A stretch of 64,000 nt of DNA from Lama glama (Eukaryota). Location of the stretch: assembly GCA_028534125.1 (NCBI GenBank), contig CM052818.1, positions 10,914,001 to 10,978,000 on the forward strand, written 5' to 3'. Below the pieces are notes generated by a model, which worked only from the letters and a program-made list of their open reading frames with translations, did no database searches and was not told the DNA's origin. Positions 12,871 to 25,622 of this stretch are shown here, piece after piece. Every line of letters starts with the position of its first letter. Positions within the stretch are counted from its first letter, which is position 1. A program made the translations under genes and the position numbers.

Positions 12871-13116
12871 CACAATAGGGCTGTGGTATTTCATGGCTTC
12901 AGAAGGCATCATTCATGAGAATGAAATGCTCTGGGGCCTCATCACACTACATTACATTTCAGTGGTATTCCAATGGAGTCGTTCAATTCTTGTGTTTCTG
13001 CAAATTGTTTGTGGTGGTTGTTTGAATTTTCACCAGGAGGAAAAGAGAATTGGAGATGTTCACAGAGTAAGTTGTTTGAAGGCCCCACTAGGACGGTGGG
13101 CAATGTTATCTGTCGC

Positions 13117-13653
13117 TGTGTTGTCTATTGTTTTGTGACTTGAAGCAACAACTGACTGTTATCCCACGATTCTGGGGGCTGGTGGGCCAGCTGCGGTTCT
13201 CACTTGGGGACACTCCATATGGTTTCAGTCAGAGAGCAGCTGAGGCTGGAGTAACCTAAAGGCTTCTTCACTTAGCACCAGGGCTGCTGAGGTGGCTGGA
13301 ACGGTTTAAGGCTGATTTGTCATTGACTCCTCGAAAGGAACCTCTCCAGAGGGGGAGCTGGGGTTTTCTTAACAGATTTCAGCCTAAAGGTAGTTAGCCT
13401 TCTTGCTTGGAGGCTGGCTTTCTCCAGAGTAAGAATTCTAAAGAGCTGGCAGGGAGGCTGAGATGCTTCTTACGAGCTAGATTTGGAGCCCTAGAACAAC
13501 ATTTCTGTTGCATTCTGTTGATCATGCAAATTATAAATGTCAGCCCAGATTCAGGAACAGGGGAGGAGTGAACTCTACTTCTCAATGCAAGAATGGTATG
13601 TGTTCAGAGAGGGAAGGAATTGATGGCAGTCACCTTGGAGACAAGCTACCATA
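13117..13653 (-). mobile_element. MaLR solo LTR (MLT1G/H-like)
   Basis: gcagctgaggctggagtaacctaaaggctt...catttctgttgcattctgttg...cagcccagattcagg...gatggcagtcaccttggagacaagctaccata. Confidence 0.85.
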
Positions 13654-13810
13654 GTGAGCTCTGTCTTCTAACCTCTAGTCTGTGGTCTGACTAATGTCCC
13701 AAAGTGTGTATGTTGCCACACTGCCAATGTCACTCTCCCCAACACCATGCTCATTACTACCCCTTGCACATCTGTGTTATACACACACACACACACAGAG
13801 ATTAATTTCT

Positions 13811-13916
13811 TTGGGGGGGATTATTAGGTTTGTTTATTTAATGGAGGTACTGGGAATTGAACCCAGGACCTCGTGCATGCTACGTATGTGGTCCACCACT
13901 GAGCTATACCCTCCCC
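13811..13916 (-). mobile_element. tRNA-Ala-derived camelid SINE (vic-1 type) with TSD
   Basis: Reverse complement is ggggagggtatagctcagtggtggaccacatacgtagcatgcacgaggtcctgggttcaattcccagtacctcca: A box tagctcagtgg, B box ggttcaattcc, AT-rich tail; TSD agattaatttct (13799-13810) / agattcatttct (13919-13930). Confidence 0.9.
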
Positions 13917-14197
13917 TCAGATTCATTTCTGCTACTAAATAGCTATCTCATTCATACACCTATCCACTCTCCTGAATTTTGTTTTTAGACTGAACATATT
14001 GGTACTGAAGATACCATTTAGATTTAGCACTAAATGCATATATAGAGCAAAAATCTGTTCCTTGGTCATGCTTGCTCTCCTTAGGCTAGCAGACATGACA
14101 AAATATACATGTTTGATCACAGAAGAAACCAGGAAAAAGAGTTCAGGCAGCTAGTCAATGTGACCAATATCTAAGAAATTAGCATATCGATAGAGGA

Positions 14198-14344
14198 GTG
14201 TGTCTGTGTGTGTGTGTGCACGCATGTGTATGTATATATAATATGTGTGCATGTATATCATACACATTTTATAATATGTATGCCCATGTGTGAATATGTG
14301 TGTGTATATATACAGGTACATTTATATACATATACATATATATA
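14198..14344. repeat. (TG)/(TA)/(CA) mixed low-complexity tract
   Basis: Seen directly. Confidence 0.85.
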
Positions 14345-14599
14345 GTCCAGACTATCCGAGGGTAGTGATATGCAGAAGAGCTATAGTATCATCTTTATAC
14401 AGAAAAATAAACCCTAAAATTCTGAGACTGTGATTCTCCCCTAGGTCAGCATTAATTTTTAGGGGACTTTAGCATGGTAGAACAAATACCTTATGGTCTT
14501 TACCAAATAAGCTACACTAAAATTATCAGAAATTATTGCCCACTTGCTTTAGTGTACTTTTTGTATATCTAGTTTTTATAATGAAACTAGTGAGATGCA

Positions 14600-15150
14600 C
14601 TTTTATTTTAAATACTAATGGTAATAACCCTAATGAATTCAGGCTGCTTCTGGATTATGTGTTGGCGAAAATGCAGTGACAGCTATGAAGCTGCCAGGCA
14701 TATCCTGCCAAGAAAATGTACATAAGGTACACTCTATATGGAACGACTGTTAGGAAAGCCATAAGAACTCCCCATATTGCTTTAATATGGTATTAAAATG
14801 ATTTTAATTGTGCACACACACCCACAGACCTCCAAGGGTTAACTGCACACAATGTAATGAATTCAATAATGATGAGTTAAAAAAGGTCTAATTAGCAAGT
14901 AACCACTTTATTATGAAAGAAAATGGTAATGAATTTAATAGCTCAAAATCATTAACAATATTTAGTTTGCTGGTACTTGTTCTCTATTATCCTCATTAAT
15001 ATGAACATTTAATATGTTTTAAAATGGATTTGTAATACTTTCTGTGCCATGAGGTTACACTGACAGAAAGAGTGTAATTATTCTGCTAATTGTTATCACT
15101 GTATGTTTGTGCTCCGAATAGAAGTATATTTAGGTGTTAATACCAAAAAA
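14600..15150. promoter_or_regulatory. Candidate enhancer / conserved non-coding element rich in homeodomain-type motifs
   Basis: No recognisable repeat; TAATGAATT at 14631, 14855 and 14927; TAATTA and many other TAAT cores. Function is inferred only. Confidence 0.35.
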
Positions 15151-15754
15151 AAGTAATTAAGAAAGGAAAGATTTAAAACCTAATTAAACAAAAACTCAAA
15201 AAAAAATCTTAGTCCACCATAAAAAAAGAATTTCTGAAGCAGTTGCTTTGGAAAGTTTTTTTTTTTTTCCTCCTTCCTGTTAATTCATTTTTCTATTATT
15301 GTGGGTTTCTTGAAGGAAGGAATAAAGTTATCTAAAAGAAAACTGGGATAAAAAGAAAGAAACAGAAGTTCAAGATTCACATTCTGCAAAGCAAAGTTAG
15401 ATCTTTCCAATGTGCCTGACTGCAATGAAATGCAAACTTTATCTTTCAGGGCACGCTTTGATGGTGGACAACAGCATCTCACACGTAGGACAGTTGTTAG
15501 CTTTGCTCCCTCACCTGAACTTATCCTGGAAACCCCTCTGTCTCTGTTGTCCCCTAAGAATCCTCACACATACTCTGGTTCATTCTCCACTGAGTCTTGT
15601 TTCTTCTGAGATTCACTATAGTTTCTTCTTTGAGCATCCTTTAATAACCAGGGCCACTGAAAGTTTCAAAAAACAACAACAACAAAAACCCAACTTCCAG
15701 CCACAAATCCTCATAGATGGAAAATAAAAGTGTGAAAAATGTAGAAGAAATGAA

Positions 15755-15911
15755 GACATTTCTACCCCTTGATCTCCTTCCAGACCTTCACCCCAAGTCT
15801 GGAACCACAGGGTAGGCAAGGTGTTGATACAGGTGGCAGTTTGGGATGCAGCAGAGAACAGAGAAGGGTAGAATATGGATCTGGAGGGGCAAACAAAAGT
15901 CATATGGCACA
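15755..15911 (-). mobile_element. ERVL LTR 5' fragment (LTR33-like)
   Basis: Reverse complement tgtgccatatgacttttgtttgcccctccagatccatattctacccttctc follows the LTR33 start as I recall it. Confidence 0.7.
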
Positions 15912-16149
15912 AAATCCATTTGGAATATCTTGGCTTGGATGGGATTGCTGAATGGACCAATATCTTCCGGCCTCTCAGTCTTGAACTAGGACCAGCCTAT
16001 CAGTAGGAAGTTTGCATCTGCAGAGCAGATACATTTACCCTGGCCATTGCCCTCTATAGGTTGTGTGAAGAAGGAAGGAGAAAGGGATCGTATCAATCCT
16101 CTTTGCTGTATTAGTCCAAACAGAAATCCCAGTTCCAATTTTGACCTTT

Positions 16150-17520
16150 TCTCTCCAGACATGCTACATAGCTTTCATCCTGGAGTTTCTCTTCACCATC
16201 GACTTAGTATTTCCCCTTGCTCTGCTTTTTTCTGGATACCCCTCTTTCCTGAGTCCCACGACTTCCTATTATTTTTCATTAGTCTCTTGATTTGAAGAAG
16301 TACCTTCCACAATAGTTCCCTGAGAGAGATGCTTATAAAATCATATATATATATATATATAATCATATATATATAAAATATGTACATATAACATTATATG
16401 TGTGTTATTATCTGTATTTATAATTATATATGCTTATTATAATATATACACATTATTATATATGTGTAGTATAACATATGTGTAATGTAGCATGTATCTT
16501 ATGATATGATATGATTAATATAATATAGTATTTGAATAGTATTTGGAGGAGAGTGGCCTTTCGGGTATCTGGAAATGTCTTTATTTTACAGTTGTTTTTT
16601 GACTATAGATTTGTAAGTGGGAAATATATTTTCCTCTCATTTCTTCATTGTTTCTAGCTTACAGGTTTGCTTTTGAGGAGACAGGTGTCATTCTGATTCC
16701 TGATCTTCTTATGTCACACATTTTTCTCTCTGGAAGCTTTCAGGATCTCCTGTTATCTTTATAGATCTTTAATGTCATGCTGATGGGCCCTTGTGTGATG
16801 AAACTTTAATTAGTAGTTTTTGAGGGGCAGGTATTCTGTGGGAACCTTAATTTGGAGCCTCCCGATCATCAACTCTGAAATATTTCTTGTTAACGTTTTC
16901 ATGATTTCTTCTCCAACCTTTCTCTTTTCTCTCTCAGATCTCTATCATTTGGATAATCGCCCTCTTAGATTTGCTTACCTACTTTCTCATGTCTTAACCA
17001 TTTTCCCCTTGTTTAATTTCTCCTAAAAGCCTTATTTTTCCTTCTAGTTCTTTTATTGATTTTATATAAAAGTTTTCAGCTAACATGTCTTCAGTTTCTA
17101 ACAGCTCTCTCTTCTTTTCAGGATGTTTGTTCTCAAAGCAGTTTATTTTATCTTGGATTCCGTATCTTCTCCAATCTCAGAAGACATTAATTATAGATCT
17201 TTTTTTTTCAAGTTTTCCTCTAATATCTATATTGTCTTTATTTTCCCTAAGTTGTTCTGTAGTTTGTTTTGTTTTTTTCTTTTATCCCCTTTCATTCATG
17301 CTTAAAGTTTTCCTCGAACATCTATGATTAATCTTAAACTACCCATTCATTTTAAGAAAAGAATTGTAAAAGTTGATAGAAAACTTGTGGGTTTTACTCT
17401 AGATAAAAAATGACAAACCAGCGATTTCATTCAGGGACCATAAAATGATCTTTTCTCTGAAGATGTTCATTTTTCTCAGAAAAGAATCTTTCAAGCAGGT
17501 GAAAGGGCCTAAAGGCATCT
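16150..17520 (-). mobile_element. HAL1 (half-L1) / L1ME ORF1 region, with internal AT-rich microsatellite
   Basis: gtcattctgattcctgatctt...ctctggaagctttcaggatctcc...ctctgaaatatttcttg matches reverse HAL1 ORF1; T-rich and degenerate. Confidence 0.75.
16343..16530. repeat. (AT)n and degenerate AT-rich tract
   Basis: Seen directly. Confidence 0.9.
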
Positions 17521-17649
17521 CACTATTCTTAATGCTTATATTATATATATATACCTATATATTTAAACTATTTTCATGTAATTTATACAGAATTTTTATG
17601 GTTGAAAGGGTTCTTCCACTTTATGTCTATCCTATTTCTTGAAATTTTT

Positions 17650-18810
17650 ACAATTTCTTTTAACTTGTGTTTTTTTGATTATTAAGGTAGTTGAACACCA
17701 CTTTATGGTGTTTCATTGTTTATGTCTAATTTGCGAATAAACATTATTCCTGCACATAGTTTTCTCTTGTCATTTTGATCGTTTTCTTTGACACTTAAGA
17801 ACACTCTGTGTTAAAGTTATTAATCTTATGTATATATTGATAGTTTCTTTCAACTTGATTTTCATTCTGAACTTTGATTATGGTATATTTTGAAGTAAAT
17901 AGATGTTTTATTTTTGCCTTTTGTTTTTATTTATGACCTTGTAATAAAATTAAAAAGTGTCTTATCCATATCATATGTATGAAAATGCCTTCCTATATTT
18001 TCTCCTAGCAATTTTATTTTCTTCTTTCCTTAATGTATATATTTACTTTTTTCTTCTTTGGGAGTTGTACATCTAATTTTATTTTTCCCCCAAATTAGCA
18101 ATTTTGTCAATCAAATTAATTAAATAATCTATCTGTTCCCCCAGTAATTTGAAAAGCTACATTTATTTTGTCATAAATTGACATGGACTTTATTTCACTG
18201 TTTTCTTTCACTGTTCATGGTCCAGATCACACTGTTTTAATTACTGTAGTTTTATAAAACATTTTTATATTCTGTCTCTTTTTTAACATATTTTGCTTCT
18301 TATCTATATTTAAGCAAGGTGAATTTTTTTTTGGAAGTACAGTCAGTTAAAATGTGTCAATTTTTGGTGTACAGCCCTATGTCCCTGTCATGCATATACA
18401 TACATATATTCATGTTCATTAAAGGTTATTACAAGATATTGAATATAGTTCCCTGTGCTATACAGAAGAAACTTGTTTTTTTAAATCTATTTGTATATAT
18501 AGTGGCTAACATTTGCAAGTCTCAAACTCCAAATTAATCCCTTTCCACCCTCTTTCCCCTGTAACCGTATGATTGTTTACTATGTCTGCGAGTCTGTTTC
18601 TGTTTTGTAGATGAGTTCGTGGTGTCCTTTCTTTCTTTTTCTTTTTCTTTTTCTTTTCTTAGATTCCACATGTGAGTGATATCATATGGTGTTTTTCTTT
18701 CTCTTTCTGTATGCCAGGTGAACTTTTAAAAAAATTACTAACTCAGGTTTGACTTGAAATGTTCTATTTTTAAAAGCAAATTAGAGAGTCGATATTTTAG
18801 CAAGACCCAT
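17650..18810 (-). mobile_element. Old L1M(E) ORF2 fragment, interrupted by a younger L1
   Basis: cacactgttttaattactgtagttttata...aggtgaacttt and cctatattttctcctagcaatttta are degenerate reverse L1 ORF2. Confidence 0.65.
18323..18712 (-). mobile_element. 5'-truncated lineage-specific L1 3' end with TSD
   Basis: Poly-T, then gaagtacagtcagtt...aatatagttccctgtgctatacag...agattccacatgtgagtgatatcatatgg; TSD gcaaggtgaattttt (from 18314) / gccaggtgaactttt (from 18713). Confidence 0.92.
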
Positions 18811-19019
18811 AATATAACATAGTTCCTTTTTACTTTTTGTTACTATGCTTTTATTATTAGCTTTTTGGTAAATTAAAAAATTTATTGAAGATAGAGGACT
18901 GTTTGACTTGCAGAATGTATTGTATTAGCTTCATAAAATAAGCTGATATCGTGAGAATAAGAGAATGAGAGGTATCAAGCCCAACTTAAAAGTCTAATTT
19001 TTCACAAATCTTACATAAT

Positions 19020-19156
19020 TATTTCTTGATTTGTGGGGACTGGATTAAGATACGAAAATCTGTGGATACCCAAGTCCCTCATGTAAAATGGCTTACTACA
19101 GTCAGCCTTCCATAGCTGTAGATGCAGAACCCTACGGAAAAGGAGGATGAACTGTA
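19020..19156. mobile_element. TcMar-Tigger MITE (MER2-like, internally deleted)
   Basis: gatacgaaaatctgtggatacccaagtccctcatgtaaaatggc...gatgcagaaccctacggaaaaggaggatgaactgTA. Confidence 0.65.
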
Positions 19157-19554
19157 TATAGGCACAGGTATAAACTTTATAGATTCTTAAGTGGATATGC
19201 CCCTCTTCAGATGGCAACATCAAGAATCACAGCCTTAGTTGTTCATCCCTCTTCTCATCACCATAACAATCCACGACTCAGGGTAAGCAGTGGAAAGCAT
19301 TACTAGGAGAGATGGGGACCAGCAACCTGTGCCCCTTATTTGCAGATACTTTTCCTCGGGAGAATAATCTTTTGATTTTGGCTTACTCTTAATGAACCTT
19401 AGTATACTCTGATATGCAGGTGCATCTAGTCAGACTTGAAAATTTTCATTTGGATCATAGGCAGAGTCAAAGTTGTGTATCATGAATGCTACTCAGACTA
19501 ATTCTTCTAATAGACCATCAATAAATAAAGAAAATACCAAATCTACATAGACCT

Positions 19555-19818
19555 TTTTTTTTAATAAAGAATAGACTATTTTTTAGAGCAGTTTTAGGTT
19601 CACAGCAAAATTGTTAGGAACGTAGAGATTTCCCACATACCCTCATCCCTACGCATGCGTAGCCTCTCCCATTATTAACACCCCCCCCCCAACAGAGTGA
19701 TACCTCTGTTGCAATTGATGAACCTACACTGACACATCATTATCAGCGCAGGTCCATAGTTTACAATAGGATTCACTCTTGGTGTTGCATATGCAATGTT
19801 TGACAAATATGTAATGAC
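19555..19818 (-). mobile_element. L1MC1/2-type 3'UTR fragment
   Basis: ttttagagcagttttaggttcacagcaaaattg...gatgaacctacactgacacatcattatca...gtccatagtttacaatagg. Confidence 0.9.
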
Positions 19819-21944
19819 CTTTCTTGATAAATATAGAGCAGATTTTAAGTTCCAACTCTGATATACTCTAATCACATAAGAAAATCAGATGCTTTTAACT
19901 AATAGGGAATATAAGTTATCAATCAGGAGCATGTTAGCTATAACAAATGGAAATCTGTCCAAAGAGCAAAAGACACTACACAAGAAGCAAAGGGAGAGAG
20001 AAATCCAGGGCAAACATGAAAAAGAGGAGAGGTGTGTTCTGTAAGAATTGGCCTCAGTTCCTTCTGAGAATCCATTTTAAGCCTCTACAGACACTCCACA
20101 GAATACTTCCGTACACTCCAATTACAGACTCTCACTCCAAATTCCTTAAAGTGAATATAAAGCTGATCAAACCTCTTCTTCTGTCTACTGACAAGCATAA
20201 CCCACAGCTGTATGTCTCAGGCTATGTATGCATAACTCAGGATTCTGGCTTGCAAAGGTTATTTTATTTCTGAGCTTTTATTTAAATTTCCTTTTCACCA
20301 AATTCTTTTAAAAGAAAGTATTTAGATGGAGTTTTTGTTGTTGTTGTGGGTTTTTTCCCCCATTATTTTTCAGCAGAGCTGTTGCATAACACAATTGGTT
20401 TTGCATGCTTTATAGGAAAGCAGGCCACCTTCCTTCATAAAGGGTGAGGGCACTGATGTGCCTTCCAATCACTTGATTCTATTGTTCTAAGCAGTCCTTT
20501 CAATGTTTTTGGCAGGCTCAGGCTTCTGTGCTACCGTGGCCTTATTTTATTATTGTTTGGAGGGGAGTGCAGTGTGATTATCCATTCTTCCTTCAGGCAG
20601 AGCAAGCCATCTGGAATGTTTATTAAGCCCGCCGGCTGATCAGGAGGCTAGAACTCTGGTGATATACATGAACGTGGGTTGTTCTACATCATCACAGCTT
20701 TGTTCCTCTGATGATGCGGCGTGCAGAGAGGGCCCTGCTAATGGATTTAGAGCACTTCACAGTGGAGGTGCCATGGGCTGAATGGGGGAAAGAGATATTT
20801 CCAGCCTCTAGGTAATTGACTGGAGGATGGTAGAAAAACGTTTAATGTAAAGCAAGAAGGCTTCAAAACTTTTAAATGTTTAATTTTGGGGTGGTAGAAG
20901 GGCAGGTGATCAGCAAGAGGTTTGAGGAGCGGCCTTTGAAGCCCAAATCTTTGTGATGAGGTCATGCCCCGCTAAGCCTATCTGTCGCTCTGTGTAAAAA
21001 GATCAGTCGAGCTTGTCCAGAAATAAAATGCTACTATTCTAATTTTAAAATTTAGGCATTTCCCAGTCTACACTAAGCAGCACTTATATTTCTTTCCTTT
21101 TATTAGTGTCACCGCAAAGAAAGAGGAACATTCTTCCTTTGCTATAAATTTTGGTCTGTAATTGTTGAACATATTTTTTGCAAGAAGGCAAAGTTTGTCT
21201 CTTCGTGCTTTCGCTGTTTGTAAAATGAGTGTTTGTGGAGCTGCAAGGAATAATTTACAATGAGGGTTTGGGTTTCTTTCTCAATTTAATTTGGATTTTA
21301 CACTGAGTCAACTTTTCAGTCAATTATAGAACTATGATTAGTTGCTAGTCACTTAAATAAGCACCTTTTAAAAATAGACCTATAAAAATGATGCAAGGAC
21401 TAATCACTGATGTGAGAAATCTTCTGCAGGGCCACCCAAACCATAATAAGAGGAAGAAAAAATGGTTGAGCAAATAAAACCTGTGTTTGGCTAAATCACA
21501 AGATATGCTAGTTAACCAACCTACTGAATAAATCTGCCCTGGGCCAGTTTATGTCAGCGCACAGGATATGCTACCAATAGATCCTTTAGTAAATCCTTGA
21601 CGACAGAAATGAGTAATTTACCTTTATATGAAGATCAATGTATTAGGTTGAGGAGCTCTGTGTAAAACATCTTGTCTGATTTTACAGTGTGTGTCTGTTA
21701 ATCTAGATATAGGCAAGTATAAAGTTGAACATATCTATAGAGACATGGTTATATATATTGTGCATATGTGTGTGTATTTATATACACACCTAGATGAAAA
21801 AACATATATTCATATTCATATTCATATTCATATCCTTATACTTTTCTCCACAATCAACTTAGTGACATCTAATCCACTTCACCAGAAGACAAAGCTAAGC
21901 TAATATTATAGATGGGGCTAATCCTGTAGACACATACATCTCTC

Positions 21945-22420
21945 TATCAGTGATCTATTATCACAATAATGATGCACAATAACTACCTCTCCCCAAATGA
22001 CGTGGCTTCGTATAGCAACCATTTATTATTGCTCATGAAGCTGTGGGTCAGGCCCCAGAACCACACTGATCCGGTATGGCTAATACATGCATCTGAGTTA
22101 GGCTTCAGGTCAGCTGGGTATCTTTGTCTCTTAGCTGGTTCTGTCCCACATCTGGGGTCTTGGCTGGGAAAACTTGGCTGTCTTGTTCTGCTCCTCACGA
22201 TCTCTCCTCCTCTGGGAGGCTAGACTGGGCTTCTTTATAGCAAGAGAAAGACAGCTGGCTTCCTAAGGCCTAGGTTCTGAATTGGCGTGCTGTCACTCCT
22301 GCCATATACTATTGGTCAAATCAAGTCACAAAGCCAGCCCAAATTCCTAGTGGGAAGTTAACACCACTTCATGATAGGAAAAGGTGCAAAGTCACCTTGC
22401 TAGGGACGTAAGGGTGAAGA
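21945..22420 (-). mobile_element. MaLR solo LTR (MLT1H/I-like)
   Basis: gcaaccatttattattgctcatg...ggctagactgggctt...tgtcactcctgccatatactattggtcaaatcaagtcacaaagccagccca. Confidence 0.85.
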
Positions 22421-23415
22421 TAGCTCATGCCTCCCTGCAGCTCACAGTTTGTGGTATATCAGGACAAGAATGCTTGCCTTCTATTTCTGTCTCTGTTTTT
22501 AACACACTTTGTTATGCCTCTTCTAAAATTAAACAATGCTATACAAATATTTGCCCCTGAACCCCAATAAGTCATCTACAAATTGCCAATATCAGTGTTC
22601 TCAAACAAGATCCAACGTATAGAATGACTATTTACCGTAATTTTGGACCTGTCTATACGAAGGAGAACATTAATTGAGATTATTTTGTATGCTGTGCCCA
22701 GAAAGTCTAGAAAATGTCATAAGTTCAGTTCTCCTCTTAAGACTTTCTTAAACTAATTAGGCTTCTACTTAAAACTCTGAAAAATAATATTTTGGCTTCA
22801 CTTATAACCTCTCTCTGTCTTAGTGTCTTCATCTATAAATGCAATGTATCAGACTGTGATTTCATGCAGTTCAGCCTTTTAGTCTAAAACTCCATTATAT
22901 TCCTATAAAAATGGAGACACTTTCCTATTGGCAGTCCTCCTGTAAACTTTTTCTTGGCTCCTCTAACTGTCCCATCAGTCTTCTTCCTCAATGTAGTGTG
23001 TGGCATGGCTCTGAGTAGGAATATTAGATAGGTAAAAACAAACAGACAATCTCAAAGTGGGCTGTTAACTATTTGCTTTAATTTGTGTCTGCGGATTTGA
23101 ATTCATAGCAGCTCACCAACTATTGAATTAACATGTAAACCTTTTTTATCTGTCTCATACCTGGATGAAGCTCAGCCAACTTTCAGTGTATTCAAACTGA
23201 AAAAAAATCTGTTTCATTTAGGTTTAATTTCCTCATATGGCCTACCTACTCCTTCTCCAAACCTCTTGCTCTTGACTTTCTCTTCTTGTGCGTGATATGT
23301 GTCAAGTATTTATCCAGTGCTTTGACATCCATGCACCAAGCCAGATGGACAAGAATCCACATGTCTTTTGTGCCTAGTGATTTACATAGAAGAGACTCCT
23401 GGGAGAAAGGGGACT

Positions 23416-23468
23416 TAGACAGATAGACAGACAGATAGATGAATGGAGGGGCAGATAGACAGACAGAC
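23416..23468. repeat. (GACA/GATA)n imperfect tetranucleotide repeat
   Basis: Seen directly. Confidence 0.75.
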
Positions 23469-23539
23469 TTGGTTAAAGGTCCACATGGAGGCTATATCAC
23501 AGTTATGAATGATGAGGCCAGTGAGACCCTGTATCACAA

Positions 23540-23916
23540 GCAAAGACATGGAAGCAATTTAAATGTCCATTGACAGATGAATGGATAAAGAAGATGTGGT
23601 GTATATACATACATATGTACATATGGAATGGAATATTATTCAGCCATAAGAAAGAATGAAATAATGCCATTTACAGCAACATGGATAGACCTAGAGATTA
23701 TCATACTAAGTGAAGTAAGTCAGACACAGAAAGACAAAAATTACATGATATCACTTACATGTGGAATCTAAAATATGACACAAATGAACTTATTTTAAAA
23801 AACAGAAAGATTCATAGACAGAAAACAAACTCATGCTTAACAAAAGGGAAGTATAAAATTGATAAACAATAAGGTCCTACTGTAGAGCACAGGGAACTAT
23901 ATTCAATATCCTGTAA
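23540..23916 (+). mobile_element. L1 ORF2 end and partial 3'UTR
   Basis: aaatgtccattgacagatgaatggataaagaagatgtgg...gcaacatggatagacctagag...gcacagggaactatattcaatatc. Confidence 0.93.
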
Positions 23917-24659
23917 TTTTAAAAATCAACAGGGATAAAGTCTGGCACCCAGGCAGATAACAGAGCTTGAGCCAGAAGTTAATGGTGGTCCTGGATATCA
24001 CCTGGTGGTGACTGTCAGGATTAGTCTGCTCCAGCTACTCTGGTGGCCTGTCTGAGAGCACTGCGAGAAGCAGATTATAACTTCCCAAAGGAAAAAACTT
24101 GAAAATTAAAAGATATAATACTTGAGGCCTCAGTCATTCTTGCTGTGGTAGACTAACCTCCCTGCTCCAATCCAAACAAACCTACAGAGGCCAGTTTGCT
24201 CCTGACCCTGTGAGTGTGAAGTCGGAACTCACTGGTCCATCAAGTTCCCCTCCTTTCAGAGGCAAGCACACTGAAGTGCCAGTGCACTGGCACCATGCCA
24301 TGGTTCTGGCTCTTATCCCATTGGTAAGATGATAGTGAGGAGGTTTCTACTGCAGCCAGCACCTGCGTGAGTGACGGGAACAAGGCTCCAACTTGGACCA
24401 ACACTTTTGGGGGCACTAAGTTCTGTGGAGTCTCAGCTGAGATCATTGTAGCAAAGGTGGAAAATCAGGGCAGGTCAGTGGATGTGGGAATGTCACCTTG
24501 AAATTGGGAAGTATTTGAGGAAGAGGGATTCTGTAAATCTAATTTTTCTGCAGAAACCAGGTGAAATATTGGGGCGTCAGAATATGAGTAATAGTGTTAG
24601 TGAGGCTGTACTTATTTTCAACAGTTTTTAAACCCTGAGACTTTTGTTTTACCTAAATT

Positions 24660-24790
24660 TCAATCTCATTTGATTTTGTGAGGTATTATTACTTTTCTTT
24701 TGCAAGCGGGGAAGGCTCAGAGAGGCGAGGTGACTTGTCCAAGTCACATGGTTGAGCTGTGCCAGTTCTCTGTGATCCTGATGGCCAAAC
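24660..24790 (-). mobile_element. MIR SINE fragment
   Basis: gtgaggtattatt...ggctcagagaggcgaggtgacttgtccaagtcaca. Confidence 0.75.
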
Positions 24791-25583
24791 CCTCCCTGCT
24801 CCACACAGAGCCGCAGACTCTTCTTCCCTCTGCTTTGCGGTGTTTCTGTTGACTTGATTCTGAGTCACTCGCCTAGTGTCAGTCCTAGTGTTCTCTTCAT
24901 CAGCGTCTGTCTGTGTGTGTGTGTAGCATTAACTCACCTATGTTTTTATCCTTGAGAAACAAAATGTATTAACAACTGAGTTAGGAACAATGCCTGAAAC
25001 TTTGCTTCCTAGTTTATAATAAGGGAATATCGCTTTCCATAATCTGTAGTGTCATCTCTTGCATTTTTTACATGATAAAGATTTTTTGACTCTTCTGTTA
25101 GTAATGAAACCAGCCAGTTGCCAACATATACTTAATATTTTACTTTCATTTCCATAAGATCTAAAGCATCCATTCAGAACCACCACTAGAAGACTTTCTA
25201 GGATTGCAGCCTGGCAGATGTCTCTCCCTTCAACCTATCCTACCTAAGAACATATGATTGATCAAACATAAGCTATATGCATAAAGCGTATTCTTGTTCT
25301 AAGTGAGATTACGACTCTCACTAGATACACAGTAATGCAAGTGGCACTGGGTTTGATTGAATGTGTACATAACTCGTTGCTGAACTAAACACTACAACTC
25401 TTCTGAGATAGAAGGTCAGAAACTAATCAAAGGCTTGAAGGCAGTTGGGAGGGGGTGGACTTAAGTGAACACTGAAGGATGGATAGGTATTGAAGGGAAG
25501 ACACTTGTAGAGGATTTTTTCTAATGTGGAAAAAAATTCTGGCAGATTTAAGAAAGGTGAAAATTGGAAACCCTGAAGGCTAG

Positions 25584-25584
<1 letters not shown>

Positions 25585-25619
<35 letters not shown>
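25585..25619. repeat. (TA)17 microsatellite
   Basis: Perfect TA run seen directly. Confidence 0.97.

Positions 25620-25622
<3 letters not shown>

Noticed and set aside
13811..13916. tRNA-Ala gene
   Set aside because: D and anticodon arms are disrupted and there is a SINE tail with a TSD; it is a SINE, not a functional tRNA.
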